From: a virus
Length of the DNA: 64,000 nt
Strand: one strand, 5' to 3'
Virus genome (UHGV): UHGV-0010228
Shown here: in pieces, positions 17,235 to 26,791 of the stretch
How the letters are laid out: the number at the start of each line of letters is the position of its first letter
Numbering within the stretch: position 1 is the first letter of the stretch
The notes under the pieces: model-generated
Databases searched by the model: none
What the model saw: only the letters and a program-made list of their open reading frames with translations
What the model was told of the DNA's origin: nothing
Position numbers and translations under genes: made by a program

Positions 17235-17879
17235 ATGGAAATGCCAAATATAGAATACACAGGAGATATATCAAAATTCATAACTACTGAAGATGATATG
17301 TATAATAATATAATGTATTATAAAGATAATGATTTCTTTATGGATTCAATGAATTATTCTAAATTCATAAAGGGATGTGAAAGATTAGTTAGAACTTCTA
17401 AGGACTATTCTAAATTCGTTAGTGTGATAAAGAATGAATTTGGTATCGACTATTGTCAGGTCTCACCAAAGATACATGATGTAGATACTCAAATTGAAAT
17501 GCATCATGGACCATTATTCACGTTATATGATATATGTGAAGTAATAACTAATTATTTCTTAATGTCTAATTTTAAAGTAAATTCATTTAGAATAGCAAAT
17601 CAAGTAATGCAAGAGCATTGGGATCTTAGAGTACAAGTAATAATGTTATCCACTACAAATCATGAAGCAGTTCATAATAGAGATATATTCATAAACTATA
17701 ACCAGGCAATTGGTGATATTGATTCATTCATTAAGCGATATACGCCATATTTATCAGATGAGCAGAAATATAAGATCTGGAATTACTTTAATCTTTGTAA
17801 TAACAATCCGGCGTTTGCTAAGAGTTTTGATAGAGGTATATTAGATCTTGATTATGTTAAAAAATATATAAAGTTGTAG
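17235..17879 (+). CDS. HNH / His-Me-finger-like motif protein (paralog A)
   Basis: 'IEMHHGPLFTLYDI ... NHEAVHN' is shared with 25247-25948 and resembles the colicin-DNase 'ELHHEKP...HIDIH' motif. Good RBS 'aaaggagg'. Confidence 0.5.
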   Translation: MEMPNIEYTGDISKFITTEDDMYNNIMYYKDNDFFMDSMNYSKFIKGCERLVRTSKDYSKFVSVIKNEFGIDYCQVSPKIHDVDTQIEMHHGPLFTLYDICEVITNYFLMSNFKVNSFRIANQVMQEHWDLRVQVIMLSTTNHEAVHNRDIFINYNQAIGDIDSFIKRYTPYLSDEQKYKIWNYFNLCNNNPAFAKSFDRGILDLDYVKKYIKL

Positions 17880-17927
17880 TCATATAAAACTTAATTATAA
17901 TTTATAAATCTGAAAGGAGACTTAATT

Positions 17928-18341
17928 ATGAACGAAAATCTTCAGACATTATTAGCATCATGTGCACCATTACTGATTTTATTAATAACTATTATAACTG
18001 CATATGTAGTTAAGCTTATTAATAAAATATGTGATGATACTACAAGTAAAACTAATAATGAAATGCTTAATTATGCAATTGATGCTGTTAATTCAATATC
18101 GGTAACAGTTGTAAAAGCTTTTAATCAGCAGATAGTTGACGATCTTAAAGCAAAATCAGAAGATGGCAAATTAACTATTGATGAAATTAGAATGATTAAA
18201 ACCGATGCGATCAATACAATTAAAGAATCATTAACTGATACAGTTAAGGAAACTATTGAAACTGCATATGGTGATTTAGATCAGTATATATCAAATACTA
18301 TTGAATCAGCAATATCTGATGTTAAAAATGAAAATAAATAG
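17928..18341 (+). CDS. Single-pass membrane protein
   Basis: RBS 'aaaggag'. N-terminal TM segment 'LLASCAPLLILLITIITAYVV' followed by a polar helical domain. Confidence 0.55.
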   Translation: MNENLQTLLASCAPLLILLITIITAYVVKLINKICDDTTSKTNNEMLNYAIDAVNSISVTVVKAFNQQIVDDLKAKSEDGKLTIDEIRMIKTDAINTIKESLTDTVKETIETAYGDLDQYISNTIESAISDVKNENK

Positions 18342-18369
18342 AGAAGGGATATCCCTTCTCTATTTTTAA

Positions 18370-18888
18370 TTACTTCTTATCATTATCTTTAGTAGCATGA
18401 TATTTATTAATAGTATCGGAATCAGTATACTTTTCCGGCACATCAACATACTTATGAATCTGACTTCTAGGATGGATCTTTACAACCACACCAGTCTCAT
18501 TCATAGCTTTAATTATTGCCTTAGCAATTTCTGCTTTCCATTTAGGATTAGCAAAATGGAAATACTGAATAGCTCGACCAATTAATTCTTTAGTAGCAAC
18601 TGGATCATTTTTAACTATAAGAGGATATTTTCTCTGACGCTTACCATCTTTATCTGTGAATACAATAGCAAAGGCTTCATCTGGAAGTGCATCTCTAGTT
18701 TTAGAATCCAATATCTGCTTCTTTCTAACGCCCTCAAAGGCAAAATCAAATACAGACTCAAATGCTAAATCTTCTTCACAAACTTCATCATCCTGAGTAT
18801 GATTTATATCATTTAACTGTTCAATTAAAATATCGAGATCATAATTTGGATCAGTATCGCCAAAATAAAAATCACTTACGATTCCCAT
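18370..18888 (-). CDS. Hypothetical protein
   Basis: 172-aa ORF. Confidence 0.5.
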   Translation of the reverse strand: MGIVSDFYFGDTDPNYDLDILIEQLNDINHTQDDEVCEEDLAFESVFDFAFEGVRKKQILDSKTRDALPDEAFAIVFTDKDGKRQRKYPLIVKNDPVATKELIGRAIQYFHFANPKWKAEIAKAIIKAMNETGVVVKIHPRSQIHKYVDVPEKYTDSDTINKYHATKDNDKK

Positions 18889-18978
18889 GATAATTCTCCT
18901 TTCGTAATTCAGAATTTTATTGAATTGTTAAAAAATTAAATAGATAGTAGAATGATATCTACTATCTATTTAATTTAT

Positions 18979-19611
18979 TTAGAGGTCTTCTTTATCCGCT
19001 ACAGGAGTAGGAGCTTTGTAAGGGTCGAAAATAACTTCATTTCGATATACTCCTATAGCATCTTCAAGATTAATCTTTTTGCTTACAAATGCAAATGATC
19101 CTCGATTATTAGTTATTTCTGATAAGTCAATATTATTTACAGATTCACCATCAATAATATCTGTAATAATATTCTTTATATAACCATAATGCCGACGAAT
19201 GTTTTCGCCTTCTTTAACAGATATCATTACAAAATCTGTACTATTAATATCAACATTATATGGCCCATGTATTGTATCGAAAGTGAATACAAAGTCGGAT
19301 TCTTTATTTCTAGGACTTGGTATTCTTCCATAACGAATAAATACTCTCTCTGCAGATATGATATCTGAGAGTAATATTGTACGAGGAATTGTAAGATGTG
19401 TTGGTCCTTCTTCAGACCACTGAACATTAGATTCTAATGTAACTTCCTTTTTTTCTTCATTTATGATTACATTACATATAGATGCTATCAATTCCATCCC
19501 ATTGTTTAATCTAAAATGATATGTGCATGATGATGAAATGAATCCTGATATTGGCTGATCTTCCTTAAATACAGGAATATTCCATCCCTTTCTAACAGTA
19601 GCTGATGCCAT
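18979..19611 (-). CDS. Hypothetical protein
   Basis: 210-aa ORF. The promoter-like motif 'cattgtaataatataatatt' lies at 19668-19687 upstream. Confidence 0.5.
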   Translation of the reverse strand: MASATVRKGWNIPVFKEDQPISGFISSSCTYHFRLNNGMELIASICNVIINEEKKEVTLESNVQWSEEGPTHLTIPRTILLSDIISAERVFIRYGRIPSPRNKESDFVFTFDTIHGPYNVDINSTDFVMISVKEGENIRRHYGYIKNIITDIIDGESVNNIDLSEITNNRGSFAFVSKKINLEDAIGVYRNEVIFDPYKAPTPVADKEDL

Positions 19612-19706
19612 GTTAATCTCCTCTCTATAAAAACTTTCTTTAAAAATAAAATATTAATAAGTTATTTACATTGTAATAATATAATATTAGAGAGGAGACT
19701 CATTAA

Positions 19707-19865
19707 ATGAAATATAAAGTAACATGGTATAATCAGAATGAAATAGTTTCTGTTGAACCAGAATTAATTGAAGCTGCAAATGAAGAAGAAGCTAGATCGA
19801 AGGCATATATTAGGTATAATGGTAACCCACCAGGACCTATGGTATATTTAGAGGAAGTGAAATAA
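19707..19865 (+). CDS. Small protein (52 aa)
   Basis: MKYKVTWYNQNEIVSVEPELIEAANEEEARSKAYIRYNGNPPGPMVYLEEVK. RBS 'agaggag'. Sits immediately upstream of 19869. Confidence 0.45.
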   Translation: MKYKVTWYNQNEIVSVEPELIEAANEEEARSKAYIRYNGNPPGPMVYLEEVK

Positions 19866-19868
19866 ATT

Positions 19869-20258
19869 ATGAAAGAAATTATTATTATAATATTTACGAT
19901 TTTTGCTTTCATGTTATTATTTATAACGATTGCTTATTATGAATTTTATCAGTATAAAAAATGGATTGCTAGAAAGATGCCAATTCAAAATGATTTTGGA
20001 ACTCTAATGCAGATATTGACTGCAACAATAAAAACCGAATTAGATCTATATGAAGATGATATATTTAGTAATAAAGGTGGTATTACTAATAGCAACTTCG
20101 ATAATTATTATAACGATCTATGTTTGAGAATCATCAATTCACTATCTAAGCAATTTATAGATCAGCTTACACAATATATTACATATGAAACTATAGTACG
20201 ATATATAGCTAGATCTGTAAAAAAATATTTGTCAGAAAAAGTTAATGGGACATTTTAA
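19869..20258 (+). CDS. Membrane protein (N-terminal TM)
   Basis: 'IIIIIFTIFAFMLLFITIAYY'. 129 aa. Confidence 0.5.
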   Translation: MKEIIIIIFTIFAFMLLFITIAYYEFYQYKKWIARKMPIQNDFGTLMQILTATIKTELDLYEDDIFSNKGGITNSNFDNYYNDLCLRIINSLSKQFIDQLTQYITYETIVRYIARSVKKYLSEKVNGTF

Positions 20259-20296
20259 AAATATAGGATATGGAAACTTTCCATATCCTATATTTA

Positions 20297-20698
20297 TTAA
20301 TTATTTTCCTTCATAGCTTTCTTAGCTTCTTTAGCAGCCTTACGTCTAGCAAAGAATCCTCTAAGACCAGTCTTCTTTACTGGTGTTAAATCTTTGCCCT
20401 CTTCCTTAAGTTCTTTAATCCTTTCAGTATCAAGTGGCTTCATTTCAGATTCCTCCTCCTTTTTTTCCATGTTATTTAAATTTTTTATTTTATTCTTTTC
20501 GAGTATGATATGAACTTCATTATATAAAGCACCATCTAATTCCTTAAGACGAACATGCATATCCTTGCTAATCGTTGTTTTAGATACGTTAAATTCCTTA
20601 GATGCTGCAAGCATTGTTGATTTATGATTAACAATCCACTTAGCTTCGTCAATAACCCGCTTATCAATAACTTCACTAAATACAAATTCTTTTTCCAT
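20297..20698 (-). CDS. spoIIID: SpoIIID-like HTH sporulation transcription regulator (stage III sporulation protein D family) with a K/E-rich C-terminal extension
   Basis: 'IDKRVIDEAKWIVNHKSTMLAASKEFNVSKTTISKDMHVRLKELDGALYNEVHIILEKNK' aligns with B. subtilis SpoIIID 'IKERTIKIGKYIVETKKTVRVIAKEFGVSKSTVHKDLTERLPEINPDLANEVKEILDYHK'. This is my recalled sequence, at about 40-45% identity. Confidence 0.7.
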   Translation of the reverse strand: MEKEFVFSEVIDKRVIDEAKWIVNHKSTMLAASKEFNVSKTTISKDMHVRLKELDGALYNEVHIILEKNKIKNLNNMEKKEEESEMKPLDTERIKELKEEGKDLTPVKKTGLRGFFARRKAAKEAKKAMKENN

Positions 20699-20712
20699 GA
20701 AAATTACTCCTC

Positions 20713-21459
20713 CTATTTTAAGAATAGTTTGGTTAATGGTAGAACTATATTTTTATAATTAAATGAAATATCTAAATCATTTAAATCATCTTCAGTTATC
20801 TCATCAATTATCGTAGAATATTCTTCGATCATTAGTCGATATTGAGAATCTGAATTATATTCTCTATAATGATCAAGTATAAGATCTTTATTTTTATAGG
20901 CTTGTAGATACTCTTTTAAATATTTATTTACTGAGTAACCATTATTACCTATTGTTGTAATATCCCTAATAAATCGATTCATACCATTATCATGTAATTT
21001 TATTTTATCATCTGGAAGTCCTTTAACATCAAACGACTTTCCAATATAGAATTCGTATTGTGGAATAAGAAGAAAATGCTTGTATTTATTCTTGGCCACA
21101 AAATTAACTATATTATCTAAAGAATTATACTTTATACTATAATTCTTTACAAATATAGCATCTCTTTTTATAGAGATTATGTTATCTTCAGGAATTTTAT
21201 TCAATTCTATAAAAAGATTAACTGCATCATTAAATCCTCGTTCTAATTTAGAAGCAAAGTCGGGATCTTTTTGCATGATCCCGACTTTTATAACTCGCTT
21301 CTCTTTTGATAAATTGGCCAATTTATCAATATCTTTATCAGGTAATAAGTTATAATATTTCATTATAGAAGTATTACCTGATTTGATATCCCATTCGACT
21401 ATTTCAGAATTTAATATAAGAGGATTATTCTTATTTGTCCTGAACATTAGTCTGACCAA
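20713..21459 (-). CDS. Hypothetical protein
   Basis: 248 aa. First gene of a tightly packed minus-strand operon that runs to 24195. Confidence 0.5.
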   Translation of the reverse strand: MVRLMFRTNKNNPLILNSEIVEWDIKSGNTSIMKYYNLLPDKDIDKLANLSKEKRVIKVGIMQKDPDFASKLERGFNDAVNLFIELNKIPEDNIISIKRDAIFVKNYSIKYNSLDNIVNFVAKNKYKHFLLIPQYEFYIGKSFDVKGLPDDKIKLHDNGMNRFIRDITTIGNNGYSVNKYLKEYLQAYKNKDLILDHYREYNSDSQYRLMIEEYSTIIDEITEDDLNDLDISFNYKNIVLPLTKLFLK

Positions 21460-22157
21460 AGAAAACGATCAAGATCGTCAGTAAGCCCAAACGAATACTC
21501 ATCTTTGTGCTTTTTCTTCTTATCTTTCTTTTTCTTTTTCTTATCCATCTTATCATCTTCATCATGATGTTTATCCTTTTTATCTTTATCTTTTTTACCT
21601 TTAGATACTTTATCTTCTAAGTCAGATATTCTATTGGATACCTTATTTAAATCTTCCTTAGAAAGCTTCTTTCCTAAAATTTTCTTATTCTCTTTAAGTA
21701 CGTCTTCCATATATATAAACTGTGGAAGATTCTTAAATAATTTTTTATATTCATTTAAGAATCTTATTCCCATAGCTTTATATACTTTATTAGGTAATAC
21801 TATAAATACATTAATTTCAGGAATTGGTTTGTTTGCATTAGATAATGCAAACATTGTTTTTACCGCCTTAATCATTGAAGCTTTAACTCTACGATTATCA
21901 AAATAATCATCAATTATATCTTCAACCTTATCAGGATCATAATCGTCGTCGTCATCATCTTCTGTTAAGATTTTAATTAATTTTCTAGGCGGTGTAAAAT
22001 TCCCATCTGAAGTGCAATGGCTAAATGTATCACTAATTGTTTTAGCTGTAGATACTGAAGATCCTGTATCTTCTCCATCTATTATGAAATAATCATAATC
22101 TGGAAGGATCTTCTTCGCCATCTTTTCAAAACTCTTTTTCTTACAAATATAAATCAT
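21447..22157 (-). CDS. Hypothetical protein with a lysine/aspartate-rich C-terminal tail
   Basis: 'KDKDKKDKHHDEDDKMDKKKKKKDKKKKHKDE'. Confidence 0.5.
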   Translation of the reverse strand: MIYICKKKSFEKMAKKILPDYDYFIIDGEDTGSSVSTAKTISDTFSHCTSDGNFTPPRKLIKILTEDDDDDDYDPDKVEDIIDDYFDNRRVKASMIKAVKTMFALSNANKPIPEINVFIVLPNKVYKAMGIRFLNEYKKLFKNLPQFIYMEDVLKENKKILGKKLSKEDLNKVSNRISDLEDKVSKGKKDKDKKDKHHDEDDKMDKKKKKKDKKKKHKDEYSFGLTDDLDRFLWSD

Positions 22158-22158
22158 A

Positions 22159-22965
22159 CTATTTACCTCCTATAGTACTTTCAATATTAATTAAATCTGG
22201 AAGCTTGAAACCATTTAACATTTCCATAGTTTCCATCTCTAACTTATCATAATGATTTGCCATTTTCTGAATTATTCTATGTGGCGGAACTTGCAATCTA
22301 CATTTTGGGTTATTACATTCAAAACGTGTATAATTTCTATCCCATTCCAATTTAGCACCACATCTTGGGCATCTAAATAATTCAGTTTTATTTTCTAATG
22401 TTAATGGATATAAATATCCATAATCAAGAATACGAATTTCATCACCTTCAGGTGTTTCAATATATCCATAATTAGCAGAATTTTTTACTGTAAATCCAAT
22501 ATCATCAAATATAAACGCTGACGATATTTGTGATAACATATCTTTGATTACTGGCTCATTATATATAAATTGCTCCTGATCCATAACATTTACATACTGT
22601 TGACATAATATTAACATATTAGTCTCATATGATTTTGCTAAGAATCTAGGCATTTCTGCTGATCGTTTAAATTCCGTAAAATTATCAACGATCCCTCGTC
22701 TATCAAGAGCGACTTTAAATACAAAATTATTTTTCAGTAATCCAATTCTATTAGTACCAGTACCTAATTCATCAAATCCATATGGTTCACATATATATTT
22801 TATAATTTCTGCTCTAGCATTATTATCCATTATATCAACTGATAATGCCTGATAAAATAATGCTTTTAATATCTCATCAGGGAAATATTCCTTGATGAGA
22901 CTTTCTGGCACCTCTTTCTCGACAGTTTTATTAAAATCAAGATCGAGGTTTGGTAATTTAAACAT
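22159..22965 (-). CDS. Hypothetical protein with a C-terminal C4 zinc ribbon
   Basis: 'CPRCGAKLEWDRNYTRFECNNPKC'. Confidence 0.5.
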   Translation of the reverse strand: MFKLPNLDLDFNKTVEKEVPESLIKEYFPDEILKALFYQALSVDIMDNNARAEIIKYICEPYGFDELGTGTNRIGLLKNNFVFKVALDRRGIVDNFTEFKRSAEMPRFLAKSYETNMLILCQQYVNVMDQEQFIYNEPVIKDMLSQISSAFIFDDIGFTVKNSANYGYIETPEGDEIRILDYGYLYPLTLENKTELFRCPRCGAKLEWDRNYTRFECNNPKCRLQVPPHRIIQKMANHYDKLEMETMEMLNGFKLPDLINIESTIGGK

Positions 22966-22977
22966 TATAAATCTCCT

Positions 22978-24195
22978 TTAATATCCTAAATCCAAATCAG
23001 AATCTGCACTCATTCCATAATCATATTCACCAATTTCATAATCATCGATATCTATATCTGATAATCTGAATGACATTTCACCATTACGGAAGAATGACCT
23101 TCGATGACCATTTAGTACGTTCATGATACGACTATCTGATTCAAATTCTTCTTTGGCTCGTTTCTTGGCTTTCTTCTGACGCTTTTTAAGTTTCTTCCTC
23201 TCTTTCTTAGTCATTGGTGTTACTCCACATTCTGCACCAATCTTCTGACGAAGCATTTTAGCACCAGATTTACCAAGATCCTTCATCTGATCTCCAATAT
23301 CAAGGCCACATTTATACATATATGTGGCAACTTCAATCTTATCGATATCAGACTGACGGACTAATCTACCATTCATTACTTGAACCGTATCCATAGCTTC
23401 AAGTCTAGCTATTTCACTTTCTGTCATACCATCATATTTATGCATTTCTTCATAAATTGCAATAATTGAATCTGGATCTTCAGTTTCGCGTCCTTTCTGA
23501 TCAAATCGAATTGGTTTATTAGAATTGATGAAATCAATGATAGCATCAGTATCTGCCATACCAGAATATTTAAGATAAATATTCTTCTTCCTCTTCTTTC
23601 TTTCCTGCCGTCTATATTCATATTCCATTTCTTCTGGAACATAATCCATATCAAATACTTCATCAGGAAGATCTAATACTGCAGGATCTACAGGATGTGT
23701 TTCAGCATAACGCTTCATCACAAATCCTTTCATTTTATTAAAGAATCTATCATCATCTCTCCATACTGGAATTGGAGAATTTAATAACTTCTTATTCTTC
23801 TTCTTCATCTTTAATTTAGGTTCTGGTGGAATATATATATCTAATACACCTCCATCAACTAAAGATTCAACAAAGTCCAGAGGACCATACATATCTGTAA
23901 TCTTTGCAATATATTCATCGTATATATCAATAGCATCAGCCCAATCAAAATAGTCACCATATTTGCGACGAATTGTGCGAGCTTCACTATCATCAATTGA
24001 AGATGTTGATACTGATCTTGTCAAATAATCGTCATCTTCAAAGTTGTTATGTTGAACACTTAACACGAAATCTGGGAGCTCAATCAAATCTGTTTTTGCG
24101 AGCTTCATTATCTGCCTAGCTCTTTCGTGTAAATCTTCAATATCATAATCATCTGGATTAGCAACATCCATAGGATTATCTATCATATCAAACAT
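22978..24195 (-). CDS. Hypothetical protein with several highly basic K/R tracts
   Basis: 'RRQERKKRKKN' and 'KKERKKLKKRQKKAKKRAKEE'. Possible nucleic-acid-binding or virion-internal protein. Confidence 0.5.
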   Translation of the reverse strand: MFDMIDNPMDVANPDDYDIEDLHERARQIMKLAKTDLIELPDFVLSVQHNNFEDDDYLTRSVSTSSIDDSEARTIRRKYGDYFDWADAIDIYDEYIAKITDMYGPLDFVESLVDGGVLDIYIPPEPKLKMKKKNKKLLNSPIPVWRDDDRFFNKMKGFVMKRYAETHPVDPAVLDLPDEVFDMDYVPEEMEYEYRRQERKKRKKNIYLKYSGMADTDAIIDFINSNKPIRFDQKGRETEDPDSIIAIYEEMHKYDGMTESEIARLEAMDTVQVMNGRLVRQSDIDKIEVATYMYKCGLDIGDQMKDLGKSGAKMLRQKIGAECGVTPMTKKERKKLKKRQKKAKKRAKEEFESDSRIMNVLNGHRRSFFRNGEMSFRLSDIDIDDYEIGEYDYGMSADSDLDLGY

Positions 24196-24331
24196 TTAGA
24201 CCTAACCTCCTATATAATATTTTATTCCCATTCTTCATTGTAATAATATATTAGCAAAAAATAAACTTAAGAATTGATAAGGATAGGAGCTAGTAGCGTT
24301 TAACTACTAGCTCCCTATCGGAGAATAAATA

Positions 24332-24595
24332 CTATGAGATTGAAGATTCTTCAGAATTTATCTCTGAAATATCTTCCGGATTTATATCAACATCTGAATT
24401 AGATGTAGATGTCGCTTCCGCTTCAATATTGTCAGATTCGATGTTACCATCTCCACCATACTCTGGATCGTCAGCTGGGCAACACGCATAGTCTGGTGCT
24501 GATCCATCCTTAGAGAATATACCTTTTGCGATCCACAGTCCTGCGCATACAATTGCAATACCGATAATTACTAAAACCTTTTTAATTCCTGACAT
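24332..24595 (-). CDS. Small membrane-anchored protein with an acidic tail
   Basis: TM segment 'VLVIIGIAIVCAGLWIAKGIF', then a D/E/S-rich tail. Confidence 0.5.
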   Translation of the reverse strand: MSGIKKVLVIIGIAIVCAGLWIAKGIFSKDGSAPDYACCPADDPEYGGDGNIESDNIEAEATSTSNSDVDINPEDISEINSEESSIS

Positions 24596-24674
24596 TTTTA
24601 TGTCCTCCTTTATAAGTACTTATAAGATGTATTTTATCACATTAATAATATATCAATAAAATTAATATCTATTT

Positions 24675-25157
24675 TTACATTCTATAAAATCCTTCTATAG
24701 GAATATAATCATCGAATTCTTCGTCTATATCATATACAAATTTACGATAAAAATCTGGTAAATTATATAACTGATCAACAAAATTAGTCGCTAAGTATCC
24801 AGTGATTTTATCGATTGTTGATACAATATCAGATTCATTTCTAATTTTACTTTCGTCAATACATAATACAATATAATTTGATGAATAAATTTCAAAATCT
24901 AAATCACCATTCGTGATTATTAAGAATAAACCCTTTAATGGTTCTAATGTCTCTGTCTTACATAATACCCCAACTACCATCGAACCTGAAATTATAGCAT
25001 TACGTTTACGACCATTAATTGGATATAATTTATGTAAATTTCGAAGTATGTCCGAAATAGAGAGATCAGTAACATCTAAATTTAACTGAACATAATCAAG
25101 ATCAGTTACTTTTTCTGGTAAGAATTTCTTCAGAAAATTTTCCTTTGACTCTACCAT
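24675..25157 (-). CDS. Hypothetical protein
   Basis: Start MVESKEN after 'aaaggag'. The upstream hairpin 25203-25232 terminates the preceding gene. Confidence 0.5.
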   Translation of the reverse strand: MVESKENFLKKFLPEKVTDLDYVQLNLDVTDLSISDILRNLHKLYPINGRKRNAIISGSMVVGVLCKTETLEPLKGLFLIITNGDLDFEIYSSNYIVLCIDESKIRNESDIVSTIDKITGYLATNFVDQLYNLPDFYRKFVYDIDEEFDDYIPIEGFYRM

Positions 25158-25246
25158 TATATCAACTCCTTTCATATTTTTAATATATTAGTTTATAATA
25201 TAAATAGAGATACATATTTGTATCTCTATTTATAAATTTATAATTA

Positions 25247-25948
25247 TTATTCACTTTTATCTTTCATACTCATTGCATTTTTCCATTCTTCTGGAATTTC
25301 AGGTAAATTTACACCTTCAATATTAACATATACGAATTCTGTGTCTAGTACATCTGATAATATATCTGGGCACTTAAGACTTAATTCAACCTTAGCTTCA
25401 AGTTTTTCTATCACTTTAGGATCCATATATTCTTCATATTCATTAAAGAATCTATCATATGAATGATATATTTTCTGCAATGGAATAAATATCTTATCTG
25501 CATGGACTAAATCGTGCATAGTTTTAGATAGTGGGACCAAACCAACTTTACCCTCATAGTGCAATTCTTCAACTTCATCGGCTACTGTAAAATGATTCAG
25601 TGGAATACCTAAAGCTTCATATTTATTAACTACTGTTTGTACTATATCAAATAATGTAAATGGTTCATGATGTATCTCTATTCTATATCTTCTACCATTA
25701 GAAGTTGATAATCCTTTTAATACCTCACAGCGATTCATATCTAAATTATTTTTTAAGAATTTTATATGATCTCGATATTCATCGGATCGTCTAATCATCA
25801 TTTCTACATCTTTAATAAATCTAACTTTATCCTTAGTTTTATTAAATACTATAACCGGGCGTTCTAATTTCTCATCTAATGATATATTAATAGAAGATTC
25901 TGGTCTTTCTCTCTTAGTGTTTGCTAATGCACTACGATATAATATCAT
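25247..25948 (-). CDS. HNH / His-Me-finger-like motif protein (paralog B)
   Basis: 'IEIHHEPFTLFDI ... HDLVHAD' parallels 17235-17879. Confidence 0.5.
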   Translation of the reverse strand: MILYRSALANTKRERPESSINISLDEKLERPVIVFNKTKDKVRFIKDVEMMIRRSDEYRDHIKFLKNNLDMNRCEVLKGLSTSNGRRYRIEIHHEPFTLFDIVQTVVNKYEALGIPLNHFTVADEVEELHYEGKVGLVPLSKTMHDLVHADKIFIPLQKIYHSYDRFFNEYEEYMDPKVIEKLEAKVELSLKCPDILSDVLDTEFVYVNIEGVNLPEIPEEWKNAMSMKDKSE

Positions 25949-26703
25949 ACATTAAACCTCCGTCCTTCTGGAATTATAATTGGAGACATTTCTTCGCAAT
26001 GCTTCAATTCCTCATATGTTGTAAAACTATGAGCTCTAAGGCATGAAATTGCTTGTGGGACTTCTTTTGCAATTTCCCAATAGTTTGATCCTCCATAAGT
26101 GTTAACCCTATATGGCATATGGATGTAATCAAAATTATGGTATAAAGTTTTTTCATCAATAAGCCTTTTAGCTTTTCTAGGTGTCATATAATTTGCAAAA
26201 TATATTCTACCAATAGTATTAGACCAAGTTGAGACTAATATATCAGAACCCCTTCTAGCAATAGGCATCTCTCTAGTATCAAATGTTATTGTATAAACTT
26301 CTCTATTAATATTTTTATCTCCATATAAAGATATTGTGTGTGATTGCGACTCAATTACATCAGATAAGAAATCATCTGAAGTTCCAATCCCAACTTTATT
26401 ATTAGTTAATATATAACATTCTTTCTTAAGATGATGCTTAAGTTCGTACCATAAGTTATATATATCCGAGATATATATAACATCTATTGCTGGAGGTACA
26501 ATATAGATTTTTTTATATGACATTTTCTTAGCTATGTTGTATCCATCATTAAAGAAATTAGGAACTAATGGAATCATTATAAGAGTATCATTCCACGAAT
26601 TCGTCATACAATATATAGTAGATCTATAATAATCTCCATTTTCATACGGCGGTCTAAATAACCCATAATATCCAATTAGTGGATATGAAGAAGGATAACT
26701 CAT
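25945..26703 (-). CDS. Hypothetical protein
   Basis: 4-nt overlap (ATGA) with the downstream gene. 252 aa. Confidence 0.5.
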   Translation of the reverse strand: MSYPSSYPLIGYYGLFRPPYENGDYYRSTIYCMTNSWNDTLIMIPLVPNFFNDGYNIAKKMSYKKIYIVPPAIDVIYISDIYNLWYELKHHLKKECYILTNNKVGIGTSDDFLSDVIESQSHTISLYGDKNINREVYTITFDTREMPIARRGSDILVSTWSNTIGRIYFANYMTPRKAKRLIDEKTLYHNFDYIHMPYRVNTYGGSNYWEIAKEVPQAISCLRAHSFTTYEELKHCEEMSPIIIPEGRRFNV

Positions 26704-26791
26704 ATCTATTCACCTCCTATTAGATTATCTAAATGTTATTTATTATTCCTCGAAAACACGAGGATAAAATAAATACATGTAATAAAGAGAG

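Noticed and set aside
22159-22965. Possible protein-kinase-like signature ('ELGTGTNRIG...FKVAL', 'ILDYGY') in the Zn-ribbon protein.
   Set aside because: The spacing between the putative Gly-loop, Lys and 'DRRGIVDN' is far too short for a kinase fold. The resemblance is superficial.
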